Shown here: one piece after another, positions 23,075 through 35,939 of the stretch
Layout of the letters: each line of letters begins with the position of its first letter
Numbering within the stretch: the first letter of the stretch is position 1
NCBI RefSeq assembly: GCF_030684315.1
Contig: NC_081379.1
Span: 29,031,947-29,095,946, forward strand
From: Stegostoma tigrinum
Lineage: Eukaryota
Reading direction: 5' to 3'
Length of the DNA: 64,000 nt
Position numbers and translations under genes: made by a program
The notes under the pieces: model-generated
Databases searched by the model: none
Told to the model about the DNA's origin: nothing
Seen by the model: the letters and a program-made list of their open reading frames with translations, nothing else

Positions 23075-24219
23075 TGGCCTAATTCTACTCCTATTTTTTC
23101 TAAATTTCTCAAGACTCTATGATCATTACTAAACTTTAATTAGTCTTGATCTAGACTAAAGTCACATCTCAGAAATTTGGGACACTGTGGTTCCTCAAGA
23201 ATCTGCTGCTTATCCTTTCCAATGCTATTGTGAAAAATTTAAGTGCCAGTTGTGATGGGCCAGTTTAATGAGTGTGATATTTAAGTCAGTTCTCTTGCTA
23301 GCAAATTACAGACGTAAGCTGTTTATAACTCTCACCAGTGCAATGAGATCATCATACTCAAACATAGTGAAAGTGTAAGATAAACTGTCAGGATTCACCG
23401 TCAACATCTCAAGTGAGGTCATTTATTTGAAAATTGTTGGATATCACGGACGTCTAAGAACGGTTTAGCTCTGGAAGCTGTATTGTGTCCCAGCTATATC
23501 TCCATGTAAACAACTTTCTCAGCAGTTTCCATATGTAAACTGAGTGAGATTCTGGAGAACAGTAATGCGATTCTTTATATTGTATACCGTTTATGGCAGT
23601 GGAAGTACTTTATTCCACTTGGGCGACTATGTTCAATTATGGAAATTACCACAATTCTGTGGACTGAAGTACTTCATGCTCAGTGAAATACTGAAATCTG
23701 ATTTATTATAAATAAAATTATTCAGTAGGAAGAAAAAAGACACTGAAGAGTCAATCTTACCTCCGATTTGTTCCCATGTTTACAGAGACTTGCTGCCCTC
23801 AAAGCAATAAGGCTGCACTTTTACAGAAGAATATTGTGGTTTTCATGGTAGAGCAGTCCTCTATGCAACAATGTAAAATAGTGTATCATTTCACACTAAG
23901 TGATGATGAAAGGGTATTTTTAAACCCTCTGTTTATCTGTTTAAAACATTTTACTTCTGAGTTTCATATGGCTTTATGCTTGTTATGTCATTGGCCAGGA
24001 AGCTTGATGTTTTTATTTTGTGGCATTAACACAGTTGTCAAGGTTTGCCATAGACTAAATAGACGCCCATTTTTGTCTGATGTGAATGACAAGTTTAAAA
24101 ATTGAGAAGCAGACTTATTGATAACCAATTGGCTATTAGAAAGTTTAATAAAATGACAGATGTATTCTAATATTAATCACTGGCATGAGGACAGCAGTAA
24201 TCTGTGCCATTTATTTTAG

Positions 24220-24346
24220 CTTTCCATAAGTGCCTATGATTACAACTGTCATGTCGATCTAATAAAATTGCTGCGTCAGGAGGGGGAGCTGGAGAAGTTA
24301 CGAGCTGCTCGACAGAAGATGAGTGAACTGTTCCCTCTTACAGAAG
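24220..24346 (+). CDS. SART3: SART3 exon 2
   Basis: LSISAYDYNCHVDLIKLLRQEGELEKLRAARQKMSELFPLTE. Confidence 0.95.
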
Positions 24347-24646
24347 GTAAGACTATCCTTGTTAGACAATTGCAACACCAGCTGAAACCTGATAATGTAA
24401 TGCAGATCAGACTTTGTAATATGTTTATGACCAGCATCCTGATAAAAGTTTGAATTAATCCACTTTCCACAAGATTTTGGCTGTTTTTTTAAAAATTTCT
24501 CCTGTTTCTTCGAAACTGATCATGTGAACATTCTGTTATTGACATGGCAACCTTAAAGCCACAGCTCTCGTAATCCTGACTAGTTCTGTTTGTGAAGGTT
24601 CTGTTCTCAGTTATATTGAGGAAACCAATCCAATTCTGTTTTTCAG

Positions 24647-24751
24647 AGCTTTGGCTGGACTGGCTAAAGGATGAGATTCTAATGGCAGAGGGATCAACTG
24701 ACAGGGAGAAAGTGTATGAACTGTTTGAGAAGGCCATCAAAGATTATATTT
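24647..24751 (+). CDS. SART3: SART3 exon 3
   Basis: LWLDWLKDEILMAEGSTDREKVYELFEKAIKDYI. Confidence 0.95.
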
Positions 24752-25668
24752 GTAAGCTCTTTTTTACACTTTAGTGTTTGCCTGACTCTTAACATTGAGT
24801 AATCACAGCTTTCTTTGATGAATACAAACATATCCCCCACTGTTCTGCTTCAGGTAGAACGTAGCTGTTGGCTGGGCAAAGTGTTAATCTTTCTAGCTCC
24901 CCCAGTGAATTGAAGTGGGAAGGAGGAAAGAGACTTTGTTTATTAATTTGTGAATGTATCAAAAGACTAAAAGTATATGTAATTTCAAATAATGAAATCT
25001 TGAAAGTTAGTTCTTCTCATTTGCAAATACCCTCAGCTTTAAATCAACGCTGATGACTAGGCAATTTAAAAACCCAAGCAGACAAAAATTGAGTAATTAA
25101 CTTAACTGTAAGTGATGATCTAGCACCACAGCATGATGAAGCTCCCCATATTTGAAACAATTGAAAACAGTGATGGTCATGTTCCCTGTTGTTCGTTCAG
25201 GTGTTTAAGCTGGCCCAATTTCAGGAGCTTCAAATACTGGTGGTATCCAGGTAGTTGGCACTCAGCTGTTGAAGCTGCAAAGATAGCTTTGTGAATTGAT
25301 TCCTAAAGATTTTATATGATAAGAAAACACTCTCTGCTGGATAGAAAGCAGAATTTCGATCAGCTCCACAATGCAGTGGACTTTGTTAACTCCGTTAGGA
25401 AACCACCAGGACTTAAAAATGAATGACCACGTAGACCTTGAAAATAATATCATGGGATAAAAGTGTTTAAGTTTGCTAATGGTTACCCTCTGGTGTATTT
25501 TAGTAGGGTGTTAATTTTTTTAGAATAATTGGGTTAACATTTCTTCTAAAAGTAGAAGTAAGTGAACAAGCATTTATGGTCTGTTAACCCACAACATAAT
25601 TTTTGAGTCTAATAGAATATGACATACAGATTGTTCCACAGCAGAGTCAAGTCTGTCAAGAATAAGAG

Positions 25669-25833
25669 TTCCACGGTGTGAAGTTGGAGGAACACAGCAG
25701 GCCAGACACCTTCGGAGGAGCAGGAAAGTTGACGTATTGGGTCAGGACCTTTCTTCAGAAAATTTTCTGCTGTGTACCTTCAGCTTTACACTGTGTTAGC
25801 TCTGACTTTAGCATCTGCAGGCCTTGCTATGTC
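25669..25833. mobile_element. Degenerate family A fold-back element
   Basis: Diverged inverted arms; minus strand CTGAAGAAAGGTCCTGACCCAATACGTC. Confidence 0.6.
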
Positions 25834-26076
25834 CACATCCATTGGGAATGTGTTTTACTACTGTTGTGAAGTTAAGTGATGTCTGATGCTGACGGCGACT
25901 TTCTCTCTCTCGTGTGCACGCATTCACTCACTAGGTTTGCTGAGTTTGCAACACATTAATGCAGAAGTCCTCAAGTTATTATCGGATGCTGACATGAAGA
26001 GTTGGTTTTAAAAATCATGAATTATTTTAATTCTGTTTTGATGCACACTAATGTTAATAAATAATTTTCATTACAG

Positions 26077-26261
26077 GTCCTGAGATATGGCTGGAATATG
26101 CTCAGTACTCCATCGGTGGGATTGGTCAGCAGGGTGGTATTGAGCGAGCTCGTGCAATATTTGATCGAGCTTTAACTGCTGCTGGATTACATATGACAAA
26201 AGGAGTAGCAATCTGGGAAGCCTTTAGAGAATTTGAAAATGCTATTTTAGGAACCTTACAG
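26077..26261 (+). CDS. SART3: SART3 exon 4
   Basis: PEIWLEYAQYSIGGIGQQGGIERARAIFDRALTAAGLHMTKGVAIWEAFREFENAILGTLQ. Confidence 0.95.
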
Positions 26262-27459
26262 GTAAGAGAATCTGAAATCCAGTTTAATTTAATGTGAATG
26301 AATGATAAGTTTGTCAACAATTTGGTGCATGAAGCAAAATGCAAACCGACGAGAAATAATTGGCTGGTACGGTAGAATATTTGAGATTATATACATTTCT
26401 TTCTTGCTATTTATTCATTCATTGAACCCTACTTAAATTTGGGTTTCTCCACCTAATGTACACGGTGAGAATATGTTGGTTTTGGCCATGGGAATTCAGT
26501 ACCAGGGAATGGAATGATTTCCAATTTGTATTTCCAAATCTGATTTGAACTATACAGTTTGACTATAAATCAAATTGTGGCAGTGCAACAAATTTGTTTG
26601 AGACAGTTGTTATTCTCAGTCTGAAAGTGAGATTTTATTGACACATTCTTGATTATTATTTTGCCGATACTTTCTAATTAGAAACGAGATTGAGATGATT
26701 CAATCTAATTTTTAGCTAATAGAAAGGAGTCCTGTACCCCAGTACCTGTACTGGATTTTCATTTGGGTCTCAAAGATGAAACAGTCTTCACAAGCTCACG
26801 GCAGCACTGTACCTTGTTTTTGCCATTGGTGAACTTTCGGCTGAACTTACCAGTCTGTTTGTGATATCTACTTACGTGGAGAGAATGGCATGAAATTTTT
26901 TTATTTGGATGCTTGTACAGATACTTTGTCCATGTTACAGTGGTTTTCTCTTGTATTGCTTCATGGGATGTAGGTGTCAGCGTTTACTGCCTGTCTTTAG
27001 TCGCCCTTGAACTGAGTGCCTTATTGCACCGTTTCAGAAGGCAGCTATAAGTCAATCACATTGTCGTGGATCTAGAGTCAAATATAAGCCAAATTAGGAA
27101 AGAACAGATTTCCTTCCACAAAGAACCTTACAGAATCAGAAAGTTATTACAACAATCAGTGAAGGTTTTAATGATACCCTAGTCTGAGTATTGGTGACAG
27201 AATCTTATACTTCTGATTTATTAATTGAGTTAAGTCCCATCAGCTGTTCTGATGGGAATTGAACCCATATCTCTGGAGCATTAGTCTGAATCTCTGGATT
27301 GATAGTCAATTAACATTACAATGATGCCTCCATTTCCTCTCAAATGATTTGAAATTGTGAACTAAGAATGAGTAACAATATTAGAGCTTAAGGTTGCTAA
27401 TTCTCACTGAATTTGGCATATGTTTATAGTTCTAAATAAAGAACAGTAATACCCACTTT

Positions 27460-27810
27460 GGTACAGGCCCTTTGGCCCACCAAACCTGCGATGACTCACA
27501 TTGCCTTGTCTTAAACATAAACCTTGTTCCTCCACGTAGTCCATCTCTGTCTATTCTGTGTCTATTCATGTATCTGTCAAGATGCTGCTTAAATGTTGCT
27601 ATTGTATCTGCTTCTACTACCACCTCTGGCAACGCATTCTGTGTTTAAAAAAAAATAAACGTGCCTCTCACACCTCCTTTAAATTCACTCCCTTTTGACT
27701 TAAACCTATGCCCCCTCGGAATAGACATTTCTATCCTGGGAAAAAGACTGACGATCCATGCCTCTCATAATTTTGTGAACTGCTGCTTCTCATAATTTTG
27801 TAAACATCTA
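27460..27810 (-). mobile_element. CR1 3' fragment
   Basis: PEVVVEADTIATFKQHLDRYM remnant. Confidence 0.75.
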
Positions 27811-28125
27811 TTTCATGTTCTGCACCTTGTTTACTAGAAAACACTGAACATTTCTTCTTAATTTTCAAAAAATATGTCAAAAGTATTTGAGTGAGGAACT
27901 GCAATTCCTGAACTATGTAGATACTGTGAGTGGCAAGTAGACTGCTCCAAATTTGATGTGTCAGTCAACTTTTGAAATTTTCTCCTGGTTATTGTGAATG
28001 TTTAAATTGTTTGCTTGCAAGCAAAGTGTTTAAGATGTTTGGGTGAACTGGAATGTTCAAGCCAGTTCATCCAATTCAATCCAGGAACTGACAGATTAAT
28101 TAAATGAAAGTCTTTCCTTCCTCAG

Positions 28126-28231
28126 GCCTCACCTGGTAGCATTTTGACTCCAGAACAGCAGGAGATGGTTAATGCACAACTTGAGCGAATACACACACTT
28201 TTCAAGAGGCAGTTGGGTGTCCCTTTGCTTG
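28126..28231 (+). CDS. SART3: SART3 exon 5
   Basis: ASPGSILTPEQQEMVNAQLERIHTLFKRQLGVPLL. Confidence 0.92.
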
Positions 28232-29410
28232 GTAAAGTGCTTTTGAATTTACTTATGGCTAACCATACTTCCTATGGGAATTGTAAAGTTATGTTGGATT
28301 TGTTTTGAGTAAGTGTTTGCGAGGCACTTATAAATCTTTTATATTTGAAGAATCAACGTAAATTACTCAGTGAGGCAAGGGAATTCTGCCACCATGCCCA
28401 GTGCTTTCAACAGACTGTTGAAAATTGTATATGTATGCCACACGTTTATCTTTAGATTGATTAATCATTAACACAAAAGTGAATAAATTTTGATTGTATC
28501 TGCATGATTCACATCTTTCACCAACGGCACAGATTGTATTGCCTAGGAATAGTTTTGTCCTCCAACATTAGCCTTATAAATCTGCCAGTAATGTCAGCCT
28601 ATCCCGTACTTAATTCTGGAGCCTCTGGGCCCTCCACTTGTCACTGACTCGATTTTTCTCAATGTTATTTTGCAATATTTACAATACCTACCCAATGATA
28701 TGGCTCCACTGTGTTCTATATACAGTCAAGTACTGTAGAACTGGCTCCTAAACTTATTGCCAACTTAAAAATGTTTACTTGTTGCTATTTTTCCCTCTTC
28801 CCTCTAATTATTTGTTGGGCTGCCTACTAGTACGTTGTTCATGAGGTTTCATACTAAACATACGTGTTAAGGAGAAGCAGTATGATGTCAGAGGCTGGAA
28901 CCGTTTCTTCAATAATTCCCTCGCTTTGGGCCAGTGGACTAAAATGAAATAGTGCAACTGGATTGGAGAGGATCTTATGGCATGTTTGAGGCCTGTGAGA
29001 TTGTTGAAACAATTTCATTGGCATAAATCTTTATGTTTTGAGCTTTACATCATGTTTGTCAAATTTTTGCTCCTTATGGCCATACCTGTCTGGGTTTAAG
29101 TAGTTCTTGGTGAAGTTGCAAGATTAAGAGCTCTGTATTTTGGAAGCAAGAACAAAAGAAATGATCAGGGCTGTCTGTTCTGGCTCATGTTACTGCACCC
29201 AGCGATCTTTATAAATTGGTACAGCAGGAAGCTTCCAGATTGAGCTTTCCTTCTTGAGAAAGTGCCAGTATATGAGCAAACGATATGCACAACTTAGTCT
29301 AAATGCATGCATCCTGATGTTGTGGAGTTATTTGAAGACTATCCTTCACCGTAATTTTGATGGAGACGAGTGAAATATCACTTGTTGCTTTCTGTTTGTG
29401 CCCCTTATAG

Positions 29411-29535
29411 ATATGGAGACTACATATGCTGAATACGAGGAATGGGCTGATGAGCTGCCCAGTGAATCTGTGACACAACTGTACAAGAAGGCCCTGCAGC
29501 AGATGGAAAAACGCAAGCCCTTTGAAGAAAGTCTG
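29411..29535 (+). CDS. SART3: SART3 exon 6
   Basis: METTYAEYEEWADELPSESVTQLYKKALQQMEKRKPFEESL. Confidence 0.95.
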
Positions 29536-29619
29536 GTACAGTTTGATCTTTGTTATTTTAGCATTTGTGTTCTGGAGGTTTATTCTTTGTTCGGGACCAG
29601 TTCAAAATGAATGAACGTG

Positions 29620-31030
29620 GAAAACCGGAGCAGGAGTAAGCCATTCGGCTCTTTAAGCCTGCTTTGTAATTCAGTATGATCATGGCTGATTATCCAGTCA
29701 ATACCCTGTTCCTGCTTTCTCCCCATACCCTCTATATTTCCTAGGCTAAAGGAATCAATCTACTTCCCCCTTGAAAACATTCAGGTTTTGGCCTGAAATG
29801 CTTTATGTGGCAAAGAGTTTCTACAGGATCATCATTATCTGGGTGAAGAAATTTCTCCTGGTCACAGTGCTATATGGCCTACCCCAAAACCTTTAACTGC
29901 GTCCCCTGGTTCTGGACTTTATGGTGATTGGGAACATACAGTTGTATGAGATCACCCTCATTCTTCTAAACACCAGTGAAAATAGTTCTAACAGATCCAG
30001 TCTTTCTTTATATGCAAGTTCTGCTATCCCAGGAGTCAGTCTGGAAAACCTTGCTTGCGCTGTCTCCATAGCCAGAAAGTGCTTCCTCAGTTAAGGAGAC
30101 CAAAATTGTACACTGTACTGTGTGTCCCAAATCCTGATATATTTGAACCTTCTTGCTGTGTAGGTCAACATACAATCAGCCTTTTTTACAACCTGCTGCA
30201 CTTGTACGCTTACTTTCAGTGACTGGTGTACATGGATACCCATGCCTCATTGTTTTTCCACCTTTCCCAATCTCTCTCCATTCGGATAATAACCTCCCTT
30301 CCTGTTTTTGCTACCAAAGTGGATAACCTCACATTTATCCACATTATACTTCAACTGCCATGCATTTACTTAGTCCCTCAACTTGTCCAAATGACACTGT
30401 AGCATGTCTGCATCCTCCTCACAGTTCACCCTCCCTCCCAGCTTTATATCATTGCAAATCTGGAGATGTTACGTTTAATTCCCTCAACATTGTCAGTAGC
30501 TGAGGTCCAAGTTCTGATCCCTGTATTACTGTATTGGTCTCAGACTGCCACTCAAAAAAAAGCGTTATTCCTACTTTACGTTTCCTGTCTGCGAACCTGT
30601 TCTATATCCATGTCTGTACACTACCCTTAATCCTGTGTGCTTTAAGTTTTCAGGCTAATCTCTTAGGTAGGACCTGATCAAAAGCCTTCTGGAAGTTCAA
30701 GTAAACCACATCCACCGGCTCCCCCTTATTAACTCTTCTAGTTATTTCATTGAAAAATTTCAGTACATTTTGTCAAGCTTGATTTCACTTTCATAAATTC
30801 ATGCTGACTGTTTCAAATCTTGTCATTGTTTTTCAAGTAATCTGCTTTAAATTTTTTTATAATGGACTCTAGCAATTTCGCCACTACAGTTGTCAGGCTA
30901 ATTAGTCTATAATTCCATTTACCCCTCTACCTCCTTTTCTAAAACAGAGGGATTGCATTAGCTACACCCTTATCAGTTGGAATTGTTTCAGAATCTGTAC
31001 AGTCTTGAAAGATGACCTCCAGTGCGTCCA
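29620..31030 (-). mobile_element. Decayed CR1 LINE
   Basis: CR1 3' UTR at ~29625-29740; RT-like segments (TCAAAAGCCTTCTGGAAGTTCAAGTA, CATGCTGACT). Confidence 0.8.
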
Positions 31031-31720
31031 TGGCAACAAGAAAATTAACTTTAAAATTCACTGATAGTATTTGATGTTTCAATCTGTGTGGATACCTTGA
31101 TGTTTTTCTCTGTTCTGCATGTTTTGAATAAAATTGTGCAATTCAGCAAATGAGGTGGTAAATAGGGTAAAAGAAAAGAAGTTGGAGGATTAAAGAGAAA
31201 GGTAAACATTGTTTGTTTGACTCCAGGACCATGTGATTACCTTGATCTGGCTGCCAAAATGATTACAATCTGTTTAGAATTTTATTTAATTTGAGTAATC
31301 TTTAGTGTCTTATTTGACCTATGCTGGTCACGAATAGCCTGTGAGAAGTAGCTGACATGATCCCCAGGCTTTTGATTACACTTACTGAATTAACTTCTTG
31401 ATTATTGGGTAGTCAGACAGCGGAGAGACTAAATCAATGATTAGAGGAGCAACTCCTCACAGATTTTCTGCCTGCCATGTATTGGGGCAGCCTTTGTTCA
31501 ATTGGGCACCCCTGTGTTTGACCTTTTGCGGGCGTATTAGGCGTTTTCTGGATGCATTTGCTGCCTTATCCTATGTATTTTGTCTGGTTGGTCAATACAG
31601 TAATGTTTGTAAAGGCATGAGCTGTTTGTCTTTTCTTCACAAGCATAAAACTCTGGAAAGTGACCTGTCTGAGCTGGTACTGAACCGGAAATGCTCCCTG
31701 GATGTTGGGATTGAGAATAA

Positions 31721-31946
31721 GCCATGTAACTCACCTATACTGCACATCCATGGACACTACAGGCAATTTAGCATGGCCAGTCCACCAAACTTGCACATCT
31801 TTGGACTGTGGGAGGAAACTAGAGCACCTGAAGGAAACCCACACAGACACTGGGAGAAAGTGTAAATTCAACAAAGTTATCCAAGGCTGGAATTGAATGA
31901 ATCCCAGGTGCTGTGAGGCAGCAGTATGCTAACCACTGTGCCGCCC
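31721..31946 (-). mobile_element. HE1-like tRNA-derived SINE
   Basis: Reverse complement of the SINE at 42019-42341 (tRNA-like head, GCAGTCCAAAGATGTGCA core). Confidence 0.8.
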
Positions 31947-32014
31947 AATCTGAATGACTGTGCTGCCCTCTACCTTTATGCACCTCTTTGATGTCAACCT
32001 ACTTTCCTGTAATA

Positions 32015-32316
32015 GAGCCGGAGCAGGAAAGCTGAAGTTTTGGGTCTAGACCCTTCTTCAGAAATGGAGGAGGGAAAGGGGATTCTGAAATAAATAGGGA
32101 GGAGGGGTGGATAGAAGATGGATAAAGGAGAAGATAGGTGGAGAGGAGACGTACAGATCAAAGAGGCAGGGATGGAGCCAGTAAAGGTCAGTGTAAGTGG
32201 GGAGTTAGGGAGGGGATAGGTCAGTCCAGGGAGGACGGATAGGTCAAGGAGGTGGCATGAGGCATTAATACCATTGGGCTGCAGTGTTCCCAAGTGAAAT
32301 ATGAGATGCTGTTCTC
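32015..32316 (-). mobile_element. Penelope-like 3' end with degenerate hammerhead
   Basis: GTLQPNGIN remnant, pyrimidine-rich UTR, CTGAAGAAGGGTCTAGACCCAAAACTTC. Confidence 0.75.
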
Positions 32317-33113
32317 ATGTTCCTTTATATTTCTGTTTCTGTTAAAGATTTAAAAATCAGGGCTGACTAACTGAGAAGTTTCGTTGCTTATTGTGGTGTT
32401 TTTGTTTTGTTTGTTCATGGAAAATGGCCGTCACCAGCCCAACCATCCCTAATTGCCCTTGAGAAAGGGTTTGTGAGTTTGTCTGTTTGCCCTTGTGTGT
32501 ATGTAAATGCTGTGCTGTTTGGAAGGAAGTTTTAGGATTTTCAGCCTGTGACAGAGTGGAAATTGCAATATGGCTTTAAAGCAAGATGGTGTGTGGCCTG
32601 GAAGAATACTGACAGGTGGTAGTGTTCCCATATGTCTGCTACCCTTATCATTCTAGGTTGTGGAGGTTATGGGTTTGGAAGATGCCATGAAAAGATGTAC
32701 TTTATTCTGAGAGTTATATAACATTGACCTTGGTATATAGATGTTCTTTTTGTGGAGCATACATTTAGTCTGTTTATCCTGCAGGGCATTCTTGTACAGT
32801 TGCATCATAAGCAGATGATCTCATCCTTGTATTGAATTGCCCATTAGGTTTACCATTGTGTTACGGTTTCCAAATTTGCAGAATTGGGTACTAATGTACA
32901 AACAGAAGGCTAGAGATGCTGGAAGTCTGAATAAGAAATGGAGAATGCTGGAAATATTTTGCAACTCAAGCAGCATCTGTAGAATGAGAAACAGTTTCTA
33001 TAATGAGCACTGAAGTATTTGTTCTTTTAAAACAAAATTTCTTTTTGCCTTTTGAAGTAATTATTATGGAGTATTCTGTTTGCTAAATGATTTTTTTGTT
33101 TGTTCAATTACAG

Positions 33114-33269
33114 TTGGTAGCGGATCCTCCCAAACTAGCAGAATATCAAGCTTACATTGACTTTGAGATGAAGGAAGGTGACCCAGCGCGAATTCAGGTT
33201 ATCTTTGAACGGGCACTGTCTGAGAACTGTTTAGTGCCTGACCTATGGGCACGTTTCACTCTGTATCTG
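33114..33269 (+). CDS. SART3: SART3 exon 7
   Basis: LVADPPKLAEYQAYIDFEMKEGDPARIQVIFERALSENCLVPDLWARFTLYL. Confidence 0.96.
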
Positions 33270-34292
33270 GTAAGAAACTTCCCTAAAAAAGTGACCTTTG
33301 ATTGACCATTGGAGTATTATTTCTGCTGTTTGTGAGAGCAGATGTTGATTGAGATCATTGTTAGCCAGGAATCAAGACAAACTCCGCTGCTCTTCTTAAA
33401 CTAATATTGTAGGATATTTTATATCTGCTTAACGGGTAGGTGTAGCTTTGGTTTAAAAGAACCCTGAGGAAATTGATTTTAATACAAAGGTGGTCAGTTC
33501 AGGAATTAGATTGGAGACATCAATCCTGAAATCATTTTTGGGACTAATTGGACGTTGTCACTTTGGATTTTCTGATAGTTCTGAATGGATGGATTAAGAG
33601 TGGTAAATAGCCTTCCACACCTCTAAATGTCTTGCAACCTTACAAATTTAATTTAATGCTCTTGCACTGAATTAATCTGATGGAATTAAGTACACCAATG
33701 TGTTACAGTTCCATATTGACAAATGTCAATGCCAAAGAAAATTTAAGCTAAAAGGCTCCATGGTCTGCCCAGAAATCTTATACAGTCAGTCCCTTGGTTG
33801 TGAATGGGTTCCCTTATGCAATCCTTTCACAAAATCAGAGCACAATGCAGGACAGTGGAAAGCAGCTGCTCATAAGGGAAATGTTTGAATATTAGATTTT
33901 TAAAAGTTAAAACGATGTGTGGGAGCGTGCTCATAAATATAAGTTCTCGTACATAAATTGGTGACCCGCTGTTGGTACCTGTTATCTTCAATAAATCCTG
34001 AGGCATTTCAGACCACTGCTTCATTGTTGGACTACAGAAAAGCCTCCCTCTTGATTACACATCTTCCAAATAAGACAGGACCTTTACCTTATTGATCCAC
34101 CATCAATTGGCAAGTTACAGAATTCCCATGACTGAGGAGCAGTGTACGAAGGGTTTTGTTGGAGAAGAGTTATTGGGATGGATTGCCTTCTCTTTATCCA
34201 ACTTTATGATGTCTTTTCTCCCTGTATCTTGACTCAAGCTTGACGATTGATTTGATTCCGCACGATATATAAATGAATGTTTGCCATTCCAG

Positions 34293-34431
34293 GACAGACA
34301 GCTGAAGATTAAAGATCTAGTCTTGTCTGCACATGAACGTGCTGTTCGAAATTGTCCTTGGATAGTTGGGTTGTGGAAACGATATCTTCTAGCACTGGAG
34401 CGCCACAACGCTGAACACAAAGTTATAACAG
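34293..34431 (+). CDS. SART3: SART3 exon 8
   Basis: DRQLKIKDLVLSAHERAVRNCPWIVGLWKRYLLALERHNAEHKVIT. Confidence 0.96.
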
Positions 34432-34739
34432 GTAACCTTGTTCCAAGAACTGTCTGTTGTATTAGGAAAGCTTTATTTAGTTTCATGTTTAGGCAGAGAG
34501 AGCAGAATTCCTTCTGATTTACTTTTTAGCCTACCTTCATTCTCTTTTCCACTCAGTCAAAATCAATCCAGAAGATTGTAAATAGTCAAGTCCTTATGGT
34601 TGTGTTGAGTTACCTTGGAGCAGTGAAAGTAGCAAGGTCAGAGAATTAGAATGATATGACCCAAGCTTGTGGTCGTCCTTGTGGACTGAATGACAATGTT
34701 CCATCTGCCTTTGTGGGGAAGACTGTATCATTGGCAGTA

Positions 34740-35330
34740 CTTGTAAGTATCTTAAATTGAAAAAGAACAGTAAATTTCTGATTCACCTAATAGGACTGTT
34801 TGGGGCCCTAGTTGGTGAGAAGGTTGGGGATCAAAGTATGCCAAGATGAGGTACCAAGGGAAGGGGAGGAAGTATTGAGGGTGATTGAAGAATGGACCTC
34901 CATGTAATGCAGAAAACATTCCCTTCAGAATGCGGAAGGCTGGAGGTGGATGGTTCATTTGTTTATGGCATTCCTCTGGAGTTGTGCAGAAATGATGGAG
35001 GACAATCTGTTGCATTTTGGAGGCTGGTGGGATAGTAGGTCAGAACAAGGGGAAATTTATCATGGTTCTGGAGGGAGTGGAAGAATGACAGCACAAGTGC
35101 AGGAAATAGGGCGCATGTGGTAACGTAGCTATTTATCGTGAGAAAGAGACATCCATGGTTGAAGGTGTTGAAAAGTATATCTGATTTGAAACATCACATT
35201 GTCATAACAAACAATACAAACAAATTGGGAAAATGGAATAGAATCCTTACAAGACATCAGGAGAAATTGTAGTCAGTATAGCTATGGAAGTTGATTCATG
35301 CACCATGTCAATGTGAGATTGATTTTTATA
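34740..35330 (-). mobile_element. Decayed Penelope-like internal fragment
   Basis: Weak similarity to the RT-endonuclease linker seen in the other Penelope remnants (PPPAFR, LVLTYYP-like). Confidence 0.4.
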
Positions 35331-35443
35331 AAGTTATAGGTGATTAAGTTATGACATTCTTTTACATTATACAGTTACTCTTGGATATTACCTGTAGGAA
35401 ATAACATGTATGGAATTGACTATGTTTGTATTGTAATTGGTAG

Positions 35444-35551
35444 AAACCTTTGAAAAAGCATTGAACGCTGGGTTTATCCAGGCTACAGACTACGTGGAGC
35501 TTTGGCAGGCATATCTCGACTACCTGAGACGGAGAGTCAATTTCAGCCAAG
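35444..35551 (+). CDS. SART3: SART3 exon 9
   Basis: TFEKALNAGFIQATDYVELWQAYLDYLRRRVNFSQ. Confidence 0.96.
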
Positions 35552-35939
35552 GTACAGCATAAAAGTAACTTGTCTTCTTCTTCAACCCTACCTCACTGAC
35601 AATGCTATGAAATTGTGGGACACTAAGTGTGGTAATGGCAATAAAGTAATGTTGAGAATGGTAGTTTCTGACTACCATGGTGGATCATCCTGTAGGAATG
35701 CTAAAGCTTATGAAGAATAAATTTTGTTTATTTAGAAAGTATTCAGCACCCAATTATGCCAGTGAAACTACTGGACATACAAGACTGGTTCTCATGTCGA
35801 TGATCTTTTTGGAAAATTGAATTACAATGGTAACTAAGATACTATATTGTGGAGTTAGAGTAAGTTAAGATGGAATTTGGTGATGTGACAAAATATATAG
35901 TGGTTGAGGTGAATAGAGAGCTTCAGTATGACAGTCTTT

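Larger units (their letters stand above)
21830..23100 (+). mobile_element. Decayed CR1 with a nested second CR1 3' end (~22615-22785) and a fold-back insertion
   Basis: KDVLLKLYWALLRAKLEYCVQF remnant; duplicated CR1 3' UTR. Confidence 0.8.
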
